DNA of 63,967 nucleotides, filler included, from Ionaspis alba (taxonomy: Eukaryota): NCBI GenBank assembly GCA_964255285.1. It is 15 parts of 15 records of this genome, joined end to end, with 100 filler letters (N's around TTAATTAATTAA, not from the genome) between each part and the next. Parts side by side here need not be neighbours in the genome. Positions count along the whole stretch, not along the records: positions 1 to 4,338 come from CAXUUL010001112.1; positions 4,439 to 8,751 come from CAXUUL010001113.1; positions 8,852 to 13,152 come from CAXUUL010001114.1; 12 more parts are not named here. One strand, given 5' to 3'. The notes under the pieces were generated by a model. It was not told the DNA's origin. It did not search any database and saw only the letters and a list, made by a program, of their open reading frames with translations. Position 1 is the first letter of the stretch. Each line of letters opens with the position of its first letter. The translations under genes and the position numbers were made by a program. Shown here in pieces: positions 1 to 13,152 of this stretch.

Positions 1-3000
1 CCTCAACCCCGCCTCCCCCAACTTCTCCGCCCGGGCCTGGGCGAAATCCCTGCTGCAATTGCAGTCCCGCGATCCGGAGAAATATCCGCAGCGGACGGCG
101 GGGATTGCGTTTCGGAATCTGAATGTGCATGGGTTTGGGAAGGGAACTGATTATCAGAAGACGGTTGGGAATGGGTTTTTAGGAATTTTTGGATGGGTGG
201 GCCATTTGATGGGGGTGAGGAGGGCGAGGAAGATTCAGATTTTGCAGGGATTTGAGGGCATGGTGGAGAGTGGGGAGATGTTGGTTGTTTTGGGGCCGCC
301 GGGAAGGTATGTTTGGGATTGTAAAGGGAGGCATGGTGGGATGTGGGGATTGGGCTGATGATGTGGTATCTAGTGGGTGCTCGACTTTGTTGAGGACGAT
401 TGCGGGGGAGACGAACGGGACGTTTGTGGATGAGAAGTCTTATGTTAATTATCAAGGTATGGGGAAAATTGCAGCTGTCTATGATGATGGTGTATGAGAG
501 GCACCTGCTGATATGATATTTTCTAATAGGTATAAGTGCAAAGCACATGCACAACTACTTCCGCGGCGAGGCAATCTATACCGCCGAAGTCGATGTCCAT
601 TTCCCACAACTCAGTGTCGGAGACACCCTCCAATTCGCAGCCCAAGCTCGTGCGCCTCGCTTCACTCCAGTACCACACAAGATATTCGCCAAGCACATGC
701 GAGATGTGACCATGGCGATTTTCGGAATTGCTCATACAATTAATACTAAAGTCGGAAATGACTTTGTCAGAGGTGTTAGTGGAGGCGAGAGGAAGCGAGT
801 CAGTATCGCTGAAGCGACGCTGAGTGGCTCTCCGCTGCAATGCTGGGATAATAGTACGCGTGGTCTGGACTCGGCGAATGCGCTTGAGTTTTGTAAGACG
901 TTGAGGCTGTCGACGGATTTGATGGGTGCCACGGCCTGTGTTGCTATCTATCAAGCTTCTCAGAGTGCTTACGATGTAAGTCACATCAATCTTTCTTGTC
1001 AAACACCGAAGCAGTGACTGACAGGGAGCATAGATTTTCGACAAAGTGATAGTCCTCTACGAAGGCCGGCAGATCTATTTCGGCCGCACCACAGAAGCAA
1101 CTCAGTATTTCACTGACGTCGGCTTCCAATGTCCCGAACGGCAAACCACAGCCGATTTTCTCACTTCTATGACGAGTCCTGCTGAGCGTGTCATCAGACC
1201 CGGTTTCGAAGGAAAGGTGCCTCGCACCCCTGATGAGTTTGCCAAGGTCTGGCAAGAAAGTGCAACCCGAGCACAGTTGCTCAAAGACATCGATCGGTAT
1301 GAGCAGACGTATCAGATTGGTGGGGAGTACTATGACAATTTTGTTGCGGCGCGCCAGGTACAGCAGGCCAAACAACAGTGAGTTTTCTTCCTGACAAAGC
1401 TCGGACAGCTGGGACAGGTTTAGCGGATGCTAATCGATTGATTTGTCAGACGGGTCAAATCTCCCTATACCCTATCCTACAAGCAGCAGATAGGACTCTG
1501 CCTCCAACGCGGCTTCCAACGTCTCAAAGGCGACCCCAGCCTAACCCTAACCCAACTCTTCGGCAACTTCATCATGGCTCTAATCGTTGGAAGCGTTTTT
1601 TACAATCTGCCCAACAACACCTCCAGTTTCTACAGTCGAGGGGCCCTCCTCTTCTTCGCCATCCTAATCAACACCTTCAGCAGCGCTCTCGAGGTCCGTC
1701 GCCCCTTCCCCTCCCCTTTCCCCTAGTTACCCACAATCCCTCATTCACCCACTAACCTCAAACCCAGATCCTAACTCTCTACGCCCAACGTCCCATCGTG
1801 GAAAAACACACCCGCTACGCCTTCTACCACCCCTCCGCCGAAGCCTTCGCGAGCATGCTCACAGACATCCCCTACAAAATCCTCAACGCGATCATCTTCA
1901 ACCTCACTGTCTACTTCATGACGAACCTGCGTCGCGAACCCGGGCCCTTCTTCTTCTTCCTGCTCATCTCCTTCTTCCTCACCCTCACCATGTCCATGAT
2001 TTTCCGCACCATTGCCGCATCTTCGAGGACGCTGTCTCAGGCCCTGGCGCCCTCGGCCTTGTTGATTCTGGCGATTGTTATTTATACGGGGTTTACGATT
2101 CCGACGCCGAACATGCTGGGGTGGGCACGTTGGATTGCGTATTTGGATCCGGTGGGTTATGGGTTTGAGAGTTTGATGATCAATGAGTTTGCGGGAAGGG
2201 CGTTTCCTTGTTCGACGTTTATTCCGTTCGGGCCGGGATATCAGTCCGTGGGGCAGAATAATAGGGTTTGCTCTTCTGTGGGCTCGATACCGGGATCGGA
2301 TTCGGTGCAAGGGGAAGCGTATATTGGGCAGAGCTTCCAGTATTTTGAAGTTCATAAATGGAGGTTGGTAGTTCCTTTCCAAGGCTCTTTTCTTTCAGCG
2401 ACTTGTGCTAATAAATCATAGGAACTTCGGTATCATCATCGCCTTCATGGTCTTCTTCATGCTTACCTACCTCGTCGCCACCGAGTACATCTCAGGCCAA
2501 AAGTCCAAGGGCGAAGTTCTGGTTTTCCGGCGTGGACATACTCCCGCTGCGTTGAGCAGCAAAGCCTCGGATGATGTCGAAGCTAACGAGAAGACGGGAA
2601 CTGCTGGGAGGAAGTCGCAGAACGCGACGGGAGATGTCTCGGCTGTCATTGAAAGACAGACGGCGATTTTCCATTGGCAGGATGTTTGCTATGATATCAA
2701 GATCAAGAGTGAGACGAGGAGGATTCTGGATCATGTGGATGGATGGGTGCAGCCGGGGACTTTGACAGCCTTGATGGTAAGTGTCTTACCAGTGGTGTTT
2801 ATGTGGGCGAATAGAGCTGACAGCGTCTGTAGGGTGTATCCGGAGCCGGCAAGACCACCTTGCTTGACGTGCTTGCTACCAGGTAAATATTATAACGCTA
2901 GTTCTGCCAACATATAAATGCTGATATCTGCATAACAGAGTCACCATGGGAGTCGTCAGCGGCGAAATGTTTGTGGACGGCCAATTGCGTGACGCCTCGT

Positions 3001-4338
3001 TTCAACGTAAGACAGGCTATGTCCAGCAACAAGATCTCCATCTATCAACTTCAACTGTGCGTGAGGCACTAAACTTCAGTGCACTGCTACGTCAGCCCGC
3101 CAATGTGTCTCGGGAGAATAAACTAGCATATGTCGACGAAGTCATCAAGATCTTAGAGATGGAAGAGTATGCCGATGCAGTCGTCGGAGTGCCGGGCGAA
3201 GGTACGCATGACACAACCTCCTCATATCATCTTCCAGAGACTAATCTAACCAGGACTCAACGTCGAACAAAGAAAACGCCTCACCATTGGTGTTGAACTA
3301 GCCGCCAAACCCCAACTCCTCCTCTTCCTCGACGAACCCACCTCCGGCCTCGACAGCCAAACCTCCTGGTCCATCTGTGACCTTATGGAAAAGCTGACCC
3401 GCAGCGGCCAAGCTATTCTCTGCACCATCCATCAACCCTCCGCCATGCTCTTCCAGCGCTTCGATCGTCTCTTGTTCTTGGCCAAGGGAGGCAAGACCGT
3501 CTACTACGGCGAGATCGGCAAGAACTCGTCAATCCTTACATCGTACTTTGAGAGGAATGGCGCTTTGCCATGCCCACCCAATGCGAATCCTGCGGAGTGG
3601 ATGCTGGAAGTTATTGGGGCGGCGCCGGGCTCGCATACGGATATTGATTGGCCGCAAGTGTGGAGGAACAGCCCTGAGTTGGTGGAGGTGCATAATGAGC
3701 TTGGGAGGTTGAAGGAAGGCAAACTTCAGCCTACACGCTCGGCAGTCGAGCGCGCAGAAAAGGCCAATTTGAGAGAATTCGCAGCGCCCTTTGGGCAGCA
3801 GTTCTGGGAGGTTACGAAGAGAGTGTTTGAGCAGTACTGGAGGACGCCTTCCTATATCTATTCGAAGGCTGCTCTCTGCATCTTCTCGGTAAGTGATGGG
3901 TCTCGGCTGAAGATCGACTGAAAGTTGGTGAATAGCGCATGCTAACCAGAATCAGGCACTTTTCATCGGCTTCTCCTTCTTCAAAGCCGAGAACAGCCAA
4001 CAAGGGCTCCAAAACCAACTCTTCTCAATCTTCATGCTCATGACCATTTTCGGACAGCTGGTGCAGCAAATCATGCCGCATTTCGTCACTCAGCGCGCAC
4101 TTTACGAATCCAGGGAGAGGCCGTCAAAAGCGTATTCGTGGAAGGCGTTCATGCTTTCGAACATTGTGGTCGAACTGCCCTGGAATAGTCTCATGGCTGT
4201 GCTGATCTTCGTCTCCTTCTATTATCCTATAGGACTGTACAGGAATGCTGAGCCGACGAATGCGGTTAATGAGCGTGCGGCGCTGATGTTCCTCTACATT
4301 CTGGCTTTCCTCCTCTTCACCTCGACGTTTGCGCATCT
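1..4338 (+). CDS. PDR/ABCG-type full-size ABC multidrug transporter, multi-exon, truncated at both ends
   Basis: After splicing (e.g. introns 307-373, 457-529), NBD1 has [24 protein letters not shown] and [13 protein letters not shown]2 has [24 protein letters not shown] and [12 protein letters not shown]. Two TMD regions are present. Confidence 0.96.
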
Positions 4339-4438
4339 NNNNNNNNNNNNNNNNNNNNNNNNNNNNNNNNNNNNNNNNNNNNTTAATTAATTAANNNNNN
4401 NNNNNNNNNNNNNNNNNNNNNNNNNNNNNNNNNNNNNN
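4339..4438. other. Artificial contig-joining spacer (44 N + TTAATTAATTAA + 44 N), first of 14
   Basis: Identical spacers also at 8752-8851, 13153-13252, 17552-17651, 21949-22048, 26345-26444, 30739-30838, 35117-35216, 39484-39583, 43850-43949, 48214-48313, 52573-52672, 56915-57014 and 61251-61350. The core has stops in all six frames. Plain 100-N gaps are at 23221-23320, 45587-45686, 50444-50543 and 59560-59659. Confidence 0.99.
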
Positions 4439-4952
4439 GTTGAAGGCTGCGTGGGAGATGTTGAAGGAGGAGGGCGGAGAGGTATGGGATCTCGGGGAGG
4501 GGTATGTGGAGGCGGCGAATAGGTTGTTGACGAGGTTGATGAAGGAGGAGGCGGAGAGGTTGGAGGAAAGGTGGGTGCCGCCGAAAAGTCAGATGAAGGA
4601 GAAAGAATCGAGGAAGAAGAGTACGAGAAGGCCAAGAAAGTCGAATCTCAGCAATGAGTTTGTCTATTCCAGCCAGGCCGAGGAAGACAACGAGGATGCA
4701 GCGGAAGAGGATGGCGGTGTCACTCAGACTCCCAACGAGATTACTGTTACCAGTAACGACGACAGATCTGAATCGGACAACGACTCGCTTTTCCATGAAG
4801 AAGTCGATGCAGCTCCAGAACAAATGCATGCAGATGTCATGGACGCAGAGACCGCGCAAACTCATCCAGAGTTTGAGGAAGCGGAAGACGAGTCCGAAGA
4901 AGACGACGATGCGCGCCTAATTCGGCAGCTGCAGCTGCTGCGAGACGCATAA
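4439..4952 (+). CDS. 3' end of a hypothetical protein with an acidic low-complexity tail (5' truncated)
   Basis: A 170-codon open frame runs from the contig start to a TAA and has a coding-like E/D/K-rich composition. No family recognised. Confidence 0.6.
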
Positions 4953-7260
4953 TCACTGGCCAGCTCAGGGTATCATTGCAGTCAGTGAAGAGAAAAAGAA
5001 CACTTTGCATGATCTTCATTGTTGCACAGGTACCGGTACAGGCGCAGGTACAAGTCTAGGTAGCATTGCTTCTGGCTCTCGCTCCTTGAAGATACCGATG
5101 TACATTAAAGTGATGCGGTCACGCAAACAAGCAAGAGATGTCTTTAGAAGATGATATGTATGTAGCTGGGCGGTTAGCTATTCTCGGCTGTTGAAGCTTG
5201 AAAAAGAATTCTAGATGTAGATCACCAAGCACCGTTTAGGCTATCTTCCGGTCTCGAAAATGTAGCACTTCATGCGGTATGGCTGTGCTCTGTCGTCATT
5301 GCCCCTTGCTACTCGCCAGGTACTGTAGTCATTGCTGCAAGACATCCTTCGTCGTCGACCCAGGACGTACCCACACTCTGCAGAGTGCCATCCAAACGCA
5401 GCACGATACCACCCTCCCATGCACTCCGATTGGCGACCACGATCCTCCAATATACATCACACAAGCACACTCGGTCGTTCGATCTCCATTCGAACGCAGA
5501 GCCAGTTCGGGGGACACGGTTCCGGATTTTCCAGAAAAAGAATTTCCCCGGTTTGAAGTGCGCGTTGAAGGTGCGGCGCGGAAAGAAGTGTTTTGGTTGG
5601 TGGGTGAGATTTAAAGCGGTGGAACGGATATTTTACAATGGGCGGTGAGGCTGATGAGGAGCGGGGGTGTGAGTTTGTGGGATCTCGGGATTGGATAGAG
5701 CACGGTTCCCGTATCTTTTAGATGTTGAGAGTAGAGACGGAGTGGTGTACCCAACGTCGAGGTTATTTGTACGCATAGATTGATTCGCTAAATACTTGAT
5801 TACCCTTCCTGAAGCTAGTCCTTGGACGCTAGAAGCCCACGCAACGCAGCGTCTGCAGCGCACCCCTTGTGTCTGGCCACTGCGGCGTATGCATGGTGAA
5901 GCTCCACCTTGTTCCGCTCGGAGAATTTTATTCTAATGAACAGTAGCTGCCTACACACTCACAGAGCATGTCACTCCAAAAGCAAGGAAATTGAATGGCT
6001 TTCGTTCATTTAATTTTGTGGCTTGCAGTCCCTGAAATGCCCCTTTCTCGTGGAGATGCTTGTCTACTCTTTACGCACAGGCACATGCCGCTGTCGATAG
6101 TGCCTGGACATCCAGAACAGTCTTTGGGCGAACGACGGCGCGTGCTCAAGGCGAGGGTGATGCTAGATTGTTCAGGTTCTTCAGATTGTCGAGGGACGGG
6201 ATGGTGTGGCCGATGAGAGATGTCCACGTGGGCAAAAGGAGGCTATTAGAAGCCTCCAATAGGCACTAACGACACTATCGTTGATCTTGCGACCCGTTCT
6301 TTGAGGTAGTTGACGGCACGGGTTGAGTTCTGTCGGGGGGAATAAGGGGAAATGTGGTGTCGAGTTGTTGAGTAACTCTGTGATGTTTTTGCTGGGGTGC
6401 GAGAATAATGATAATAATAATCTTGAGAAAAAGCAAAGCAAAGTATGTGTACCTCGTACTAATATTAGAGATTTAATTGTATAGTCTGATACATCGACAG
6501 ACGCATGAATCCTGTGCCGTTGCAGAAGAAGCCGCAAGCAACTCCCTTCCTGCCGGGTCCGGCTCGGCTGCCCTCCGGCCTGAACTGTACTACTTGCTGC
6601 ACGCTACTTCCTTGCTTGCCGTCGAACGTCCCATGAACAACGATGCAGATCCCAGCCAAAACGACAGACGTCCTGTCTCTGTCTCTAACCAATCTCCGTG
6701 CATTCATCTGTGTTGGAATGGCTAGCAGACTCGCAGACTAACCTGACAGCCCCCGTCTTACCACATGCGGAGAAATCAGTCGATGGCGGTAGGAACGATG
6801 GGGTCGTCGAACCTTCTTTCTCGGACCCTAAGAAGGAATGTCCCCTAAAGCTAACAAAGACGTGTGCTTCCAACAGCAGTAGCAGCAGCCGCCAGCCAGA
6901 CCTGGAAGTTCGTGCGAGTGGGAGTGAAGAGCCGGCCCCGGTCAATGTTCAGTACTACTATATCATGTGCTTCCTGCATCATGGGTGTGAATACAACAAC
7001 AGTCAGATTCTTATTATTATTCATGGTTGAAATCCGTCTCTTCTTGTTGTGCTCTCTTGTGCCACCATCATCCCTCTTCTCTTTCTTACCACATTTCTCA
7101 CCTGTTGATTGCGTTATCCGGTTCCCTCTCGTATTTCTGACGTCCGCTGTATGAGACACATGTTTGCCTGTGTCACGGAATATAGTCAAGCTATTTGATG
7201 CTGTCACAAGAAGGGATGAGTGTATTGTGCAATTGAGACCTCGACCACTGGTTCTGCGAT

Positions 7261-8751
7261 ATGTCGATTCTTTTTTATAAACGGCCGGATTATGTCACCA
7301 AGCACAACGGACCTTTGAATCTGGATGCTTGTCAGAGATATGCTTCTACGACTAAGACATCAATTCCGCCTAATCTCTCCTTCGACAACATCATCGAAGG
7401 AAAGACTTTACCAGTAAGACATTGTTTTTGATTGAGTTGCTGGAATCTAGACTGACAAGCTCTTCGCCAGCCATGCTCGCTTCAAGACTTTATGGATTAT
7501 CTAGTCTACGTAGTTCACGATGCAGAGAATCTCCAGTTCTACCTCTGGTACCGGGACTATCAAAAGAGATTCAACGCACTTCCAGCATCCGAGAAATGTC
7601 TTTCTCCAGAATGGAAAGTAGACGAAGCGCCGCCAGCACTAGCTTACGCGAACGCGGCGACCAGAGCATCAGAAAAGACGGTCCAAGATCTGAGTGCGTT
7701 CTATAACGACGATCCAGATTCTCCGGATTCCCTCTCCAGACGCTCCTCATCCGAACGATCCGCCGACGCTCAAGATGCCTCAGTCGCCGAAGCAAACGCC
7801 CAAGCAGGTCTGAAGTGGAAGCCATGTACGTTACCCAGTCGAGCACCTCTACCCAGACCTCTTCCTCCTTCAAGCGCCTCAAACTCATCTCCTCCCGCGA
7901 CAGTCACCATCCAACCCTTCCGACGGGAAGTAAACCTCATAATATCGCACTACATAACGCCCTCCTCCCCTCGCGAACTAAATCTCTCCCACAAAGACCG
8001 GTCCACCATCCTCCACGCCCTTCAGCACACCACCCACCCATCGGCCTTCAGCACCATCCTTCCTCCCCTCGAGCTCTCCCTGCGGAACCAAAGCCACCCA
8101 AATTTCATCCGATGGTCCATTTGCAACGGGAACAAACCCCGTGTAATCTTCCTGCGCACCCTCGCAATCGCCGTCCTCGCAATCGCCACCCTCCTCGCCG
8201 TCCTCCTCCTCCTCTCCCGCCGCAGCCGTTACCTGCGCATTACCACCCTCCCCCTCTACTGGTTCGGCATCACCAACCTCATCGCCTCCTACAAAGGCCT
8301 CTGCGTGCTGCTGCACCGCCAACACACACGGGAGATCCACCCCTGGGAACTCGACTCCCCTTCTCCGACGCCCTTGCTGCATTCCCCGTTCCCAGGGTCT
8401 CCTTACCCTTTCCCGACAACGACTCCCCGTCCCAGCATCGCCCCCTCCTCCACCCGCACAACCACCACACTCCCTGTTCTCCCTCCCACGCCCCTCACGT
8501 CGCAGAAACCACAAACCCACACCATCGACATCGAGACCGCTTCTAGCTTCACGGACGAGAAACTCGCGCCGCTGGGCCCGAGTAATGTCTTCGAGCATGA
8601 GCCCTGGGTGAGGCGGTGGAGACAGCATCCTACGTGGCGGAAGTTTGTGCTGCGTAAGGTGAGGGTGCAGGAGGAGGGGTTGAGGATTATGCAGAATAGG
8701 ATTGTTTGGCAGGCGGAGTTGTGGGCTTTGGTGGTGGGAGGGGTGGTGGTG
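7261..8751 (+). CDS. RGS-domain-like membrane protein (3' truncated)
   Basis: Exon 1 (7261-7413) encodes MSILFYKRPDY...LSFDNIIEGKTLP. After intron 7414-7470 come PCSLQDFMDYLVYVVHDAENLQFYLWY and QPFRREV...SPRELNLS, then two TM helices. Probable in-frame intron 7826-7903. Confidence 0.85.
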
Positions 8752-8916
8752 NNNNNNNNNNNNNNNNNNNNNNNNNNNNNNNNNNNNNNNNNNNNTTAAT
8801 TAATTAANNNNNNNNNNNNNNNNNNNNNNNNNNNNNNNNNNNNNNNNNNNNTTTGTAGAGAAAACGCCTGCGACAAAGGGAGAGAGATTAGACGTGGAGT
8901 GCTTCAAAAAGCCAAT

Positions 8917-9697
8917 TCACTCCCTCGGAAAAAAACCCCTCCCATCCGCCGCCAACGCATCCCTCACCCTCTTCACAACCATCATCTGCACCTCGGGCAC
9001 CTCGGGACTACAATCGACCTCCAAAACATCCAAATTCTGCTCCTCCGAGTCCGGTTCCTCCAGCGTCTGGAACTGCGAATGCACCATCGCGCTCTTCATA
9101 TAATGGCCCTGCCTCGCCACAACCCTCTTCGTCAACACCTCTTCATTGGCCCGCAGGTAGATGAAGTGCACGGCAACCTTGTGGTCATTGTAGGCGGCCA
9201 CGCGGATGACGTCTCGGTAGCGCCGGCGCAGCGCGGAACACGCGACGACTACGCCGTGGTGCGGTTTTGCGGCTGAAGAGGCAGAGGGCGAGAGCCGGGC
9301 AACGGCGGCTTCGCGGAGGGAGATCAGCCAGTCCCAGCGGTCGTTGTCGCTGAGGGGGATGCCGGTTTCCATTTTGCGTTTGTTGGAGTCGGAATGGTAC
9401 TGTTTGGTGTGGATGAGGATTTAGCAATTGGATGATGGGGTTGATTGGGAGGAAGCAGCTTACGTGATCGCCTTCGATGAAGGGTATGGAGAGGGCTTTG
9501 CTGAGGTATTCTGCTATGGTGCTTTTGCCGCAGCCTGCGGGGCCGGTGATGATCCACATGTGACGGTGGTGCTGTTGGCTTTGCAGCTGGCTGGTTTGGA
9601 GCTGGTAGTCTCCATTCATGGAGGAGCCGTTCATGGTAGAGTAGCCGAGGGGCATGGGTGGGAGCGGAAGGGTGGATCTGGGGTCGAGAGAAAGCAT
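8917..9697 (-). CDS. Gluconokinase (GntK/IDNK, shikimate-kinase fold)
   Basis: P-loop ITGPAGCGKST, FIEGD, one GTAAGC...CAG intron, then GIPLSDNDRWDWL, VVACSALRRRYRD and GHYMKSAMVHSQFQTLEEP. Confidence 0.93.
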
Positions 9698-11485
9698 GGT
9701 GAAGGTTGGTAGATATAGAGTAGTGGGATCTGGGGTAGGTAGAGTAGTAGGCTCAACAAACTGGCTTGATTGTTGTTATGGAGAATGGGCACACGACGTG
9801 TAGAGCTAGTGACGGTGGTTGATTGTGCAAAACAACGATTGAATCCAGTAGTGGACTTCCGGTGTATGAGTGGAGAGTAACGAAAACCACGTAAGCTTTT
9901 GGCTTTGTTGGAAAATGTTGAAGAGGAAAATTTTGTTGCTGGCAGATAGACAGACAGCGACGGATCTGGAGGAAAGGAAAGCATGGATAGGACCATGATG
10001 ATATTTAAAGCTGAGTGTCCGGGATGACGAAGAATGATGATGGCAGCAAAAAGGCAAACTGGCCCACCCAAAGCTTGCTCTGACTTTCCGTTCCTCCTTG
10101 ACTCCGTCCTCCTCCAGCTCCTCCGACGTCCACCAACCCACCTCCCCACAGGAGAACCCCACACTACGGTGAATTGACGACAAAGTCAATGAGATCAAAG
10201 TGCCGGAAAAGGGCAAAAACAGAGTGCGACCCAACGGATGGCGCCGGGATCGTGATTGGAAGAAGGCGGAAGCCGAGAAGGGTACCTGGTTTTCTTAGAT
10301 GGATCATGGGAGCTGGAAGGGAAAGGGAAAAGGGAGAAGAGGTCTGAGCGTCGAAGGAGGGAACACCGTTGCGAAAGAATGCGTAAGACGAATGGCACGA
10401 ATGAACGAAGCCAGTCGTAGTCCAGTCGTAGTACAGTAGCCCTCTCTCTCCACACGGGCAAGGCTGAGCTGGTCAGAAACCTGGCCACGGCATTTTCGTC
10501 TTGTCATCAAGTCCTCTCACCTAGTCGATGACAAGACGTGGGTGGATTGTGCTGACAAACTGTACAACTCTCTCGGGATTGTAGTCATCATCTGCGGCAT
10601 GGTTTCTGGTCATCGCCAGTCGAAGAAGGCCAAAGATGTGTCGTCGTCAAACAGACTTCAGAGGTTGGATTAATCCCAAGAGGCTGTTCGAGGCTGGGGA
10701 AAAGGACTACGCGACCCTGCATGATCAGCACCCATCAGCTCCCTCCCCTTTTGGAGCCTGGATTTTCCGGCCATCTCATGATGAATTACTCGATGGGGAG
10801 TGCCTTTTTGGTCATCATCATTAGGTACACTCTTTGTGCCATTCGGATCCCTCGGAGTTTTCATGACAACTCTCTCGTCATTGACTTTTCTCATATCTCT
10901 CCCCGATGCAGGGGAGTTCCCTGGCCAACAGTTGAGCGGCCTATATATATATTCGATAATTATATACAATTGCCCCGAGAAAACGCCAGTACCCTCCACA
11001 ATCACCCACGCGATCATTAATCTCGGATCCACAACATGCAGAAATAACGGGTAAAAAAAACAAAGCAACCTATCCCAGTTCCTCGGGTACGTATCGAGGC
11101 GCCTTCAGAAAAAGAAAATCTTCACCACCAAGTGCTCGGACCCCCCCTTTGGTCATTCGTCTTCGCCCAAACAAAAGAACAGTTGAGCCTCCAACCAAGG
11201 ACAACCCAGCCTTCGCATCGCCCATCCACCCACGGGCTTGGCAATAACAGCGGGAATTAATGAGTGGAGCCATCATTTTCTCTGTCGGTAGCAGGCGTGG
11301 CAACCCTGCACCCCATAGCGTGGGGGTTGGATGCGCCCCAAGGGGTTTTGGGTCCAACTTGGTTGAACCACGCCAGAAAAAAAACATGTGAGTGTAACCT
11401 CGAGGGGCTGCTTGCGTAAAAAAAAGTCAGATAGCTGCTTCGTTACGTGGGGACGATTCCGCGCATCTAGATTGATCTCGCTGAT

Positions 11486-11926
11486 CTATTTCCCGCTGCA
11501 TTTCCCCTGCTCTTCGCACTCGTCCCTCACCCCAGCGAGGATGTGGGATGGCTCCGAGTAGTTACCCCGCATCAGGCTTGTTAAGGACGCCGATCCAGCT
11601 GCAATCTGCAGCAATGCCACAATTATTAAACAGGGCCAGCAGCTGAGCTTCACTTGTATGGCAGTAGTGGCTTCTGGTGTTTCCTCTTCGGACGTGTAAT
11701 CACTGGCTAGCACGCAGCCGAAGAGGTCGGTTAGCGGATCTAGGTCACACAAGAAGACGAACTCACTGTGCTGGACTAGGTAAGCGATGCCTTGCCGATC
11801 TTTCGTGTATGGCGAGAAGGTCGTGGTGATTAGACCGGAGCGGGTCCTCCGCTCGGGAGGATTGGTGGCTTCAGGCACTTGGGGACTATAGGCTTACTGT
11901 GCTGGTACTGGTGAATATTTGTGCAT
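11486..11926 (-). CDS. Putative three-exon small membrane protein (~92 aa), orphan
   Basis: Exons 11926-11898, 11799-11767 and 11702-11486. Introns GTAAGC..CTAAT..AAG and GTGAGT..CTAAC..CAG. The spliced product is 279 nt, in frame, with one hydrophobic segment. Confidence 0.5.
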
Positions 11927-12405
11927 GAGATGGTTGTATCGCTTGAGGATGAGGTGACAACCGTGTCAACCATGTCTGGAGTAGAGGAGACAGGGAAATG
12001 GAGGTCTTGATGGATGAGATACTGCTTGCTGGAAAGTTTCAAGTCTAGTAGACTATCAGACAAACAAGCGCGAAATCCTATCATCATATGAAAGAAAAGA
12101 TATGCGCAAGTAGGTACACCGAAGCATGCAAGTTGACTCTCAGCCGTGGCTTTGAGACATGCCTGGAGTGTGGCTTGATGAGGCTTGTACTTCAGGAACC
12201 AAATCCAACCTCGCATAAATGTATTTCCGATCTGTATGAGCTCAAGAAAAGAGCTTATGGAATGGTACACATATCAAGGCGTCGAGAAATGCGCAGACAA
12301 ACCCCATCAGATCAATGGAACTAGCTACATACAACGCTATGTGATCATGACAAGGTCAATGTGACATACCAACCCAGCTTCTGAAACCTCTACCAAAGCG
12401 CCGCC

Positions 12406-13152
12406 ATGTCGTACTTCTTCTCCACTCCCGTCGACATCGATATCGTCCTCGAGGACACCGATGATCGACCTACAGTCGACATGAAACTCGAGAAAAACAA
12501 GAGAGAAAAAGCACTACTCTACGCCGATGGCGAGTCGGTCAAAGGCGCCGTTACCATCCGTCCTAAAGATGGCAAGCGCTTGGAGCACACAGGCATCAAG
12601 GTGAAATTCATTGGCACCATCGGTAAGCAATACACAGAACACCGCACTTCCATACTGTAGGTATACTGAGACAAAGCCTCCTCTAGAAATGTTCTTCGAC
12701 CGCGGCAGCCACTACGAATTCCTCTCCCTGGGTCAAGAACTCGCCGCTCCTGGCGACCTCCAGCACCCTCAAACCTTCGACTTCAACTTCAAAAACGTCG
12801 AAAAGCAATACGAATCCTACAACGGCATAAACGTCAAACTGCGCTACTTCGTCCAAGTGACCGTCTCGCGGCGCATGCCCGACGTCGTCCGGGAAAAAGA
12901 CATCTGGGTATATTCGTACAAAGAGCCGCCGGAGACGCAGAGTACGATCAAGATGGATGTGGGCATTGAGGATTGCTTGCATATCGAGTTTGAGTACTCG
13001 AAGAGCAAGTATCATCTCAAGGATGTGATTGTGGGGCGGATTTATTTTCTGTTAGTCAGGTTGAAGATTAAGCATATGGAGTTGTCGATTATTCGGAGGG
13101 AGACGACGGGGACGGCACCGAATCAGTATAATGAGAGTGAGACGTTGGTGAG
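12406..13152 (+). CDS. VPS26: Retromer subunit Vps26 (3' truncated)
   Basis: MSYFFSTPVDIDIVL, KRLEHTGIKV, ESYNGINVKLRYF and IKMDVGIEDCLHIEFEYSKSKYHLKDVIVGRIYFLLVRLKIKHMEL. One intron at about 12623-12687. Confidence 0.97.

Noticed and set aside
1540..1553. CCTAACCCTAACCC telomere-like motif
   Set aside because: Only about two units, and it lies inside ABC transporter coding sequence (SLTLTQ).
4383..4394. Regularly spaced TTAATTAATTAA palindromes as a CRISPR-like or biological repeat
   Set aside because: Always embedded in N runs. It is an artificial six-frame stop linker.
5241..7207. Many short overlapping ORFs upstream of the RGS-like gene
   Set aside because: No recognisable motifs or consistent splice model. 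Probably intergenic DNA or a decayed remnant.
9700..11400. ORFs upstream of the gluconokinase gene
   Set aside because: Low-complexity leader/promoter-like DNA, and the translations are not protein-like.
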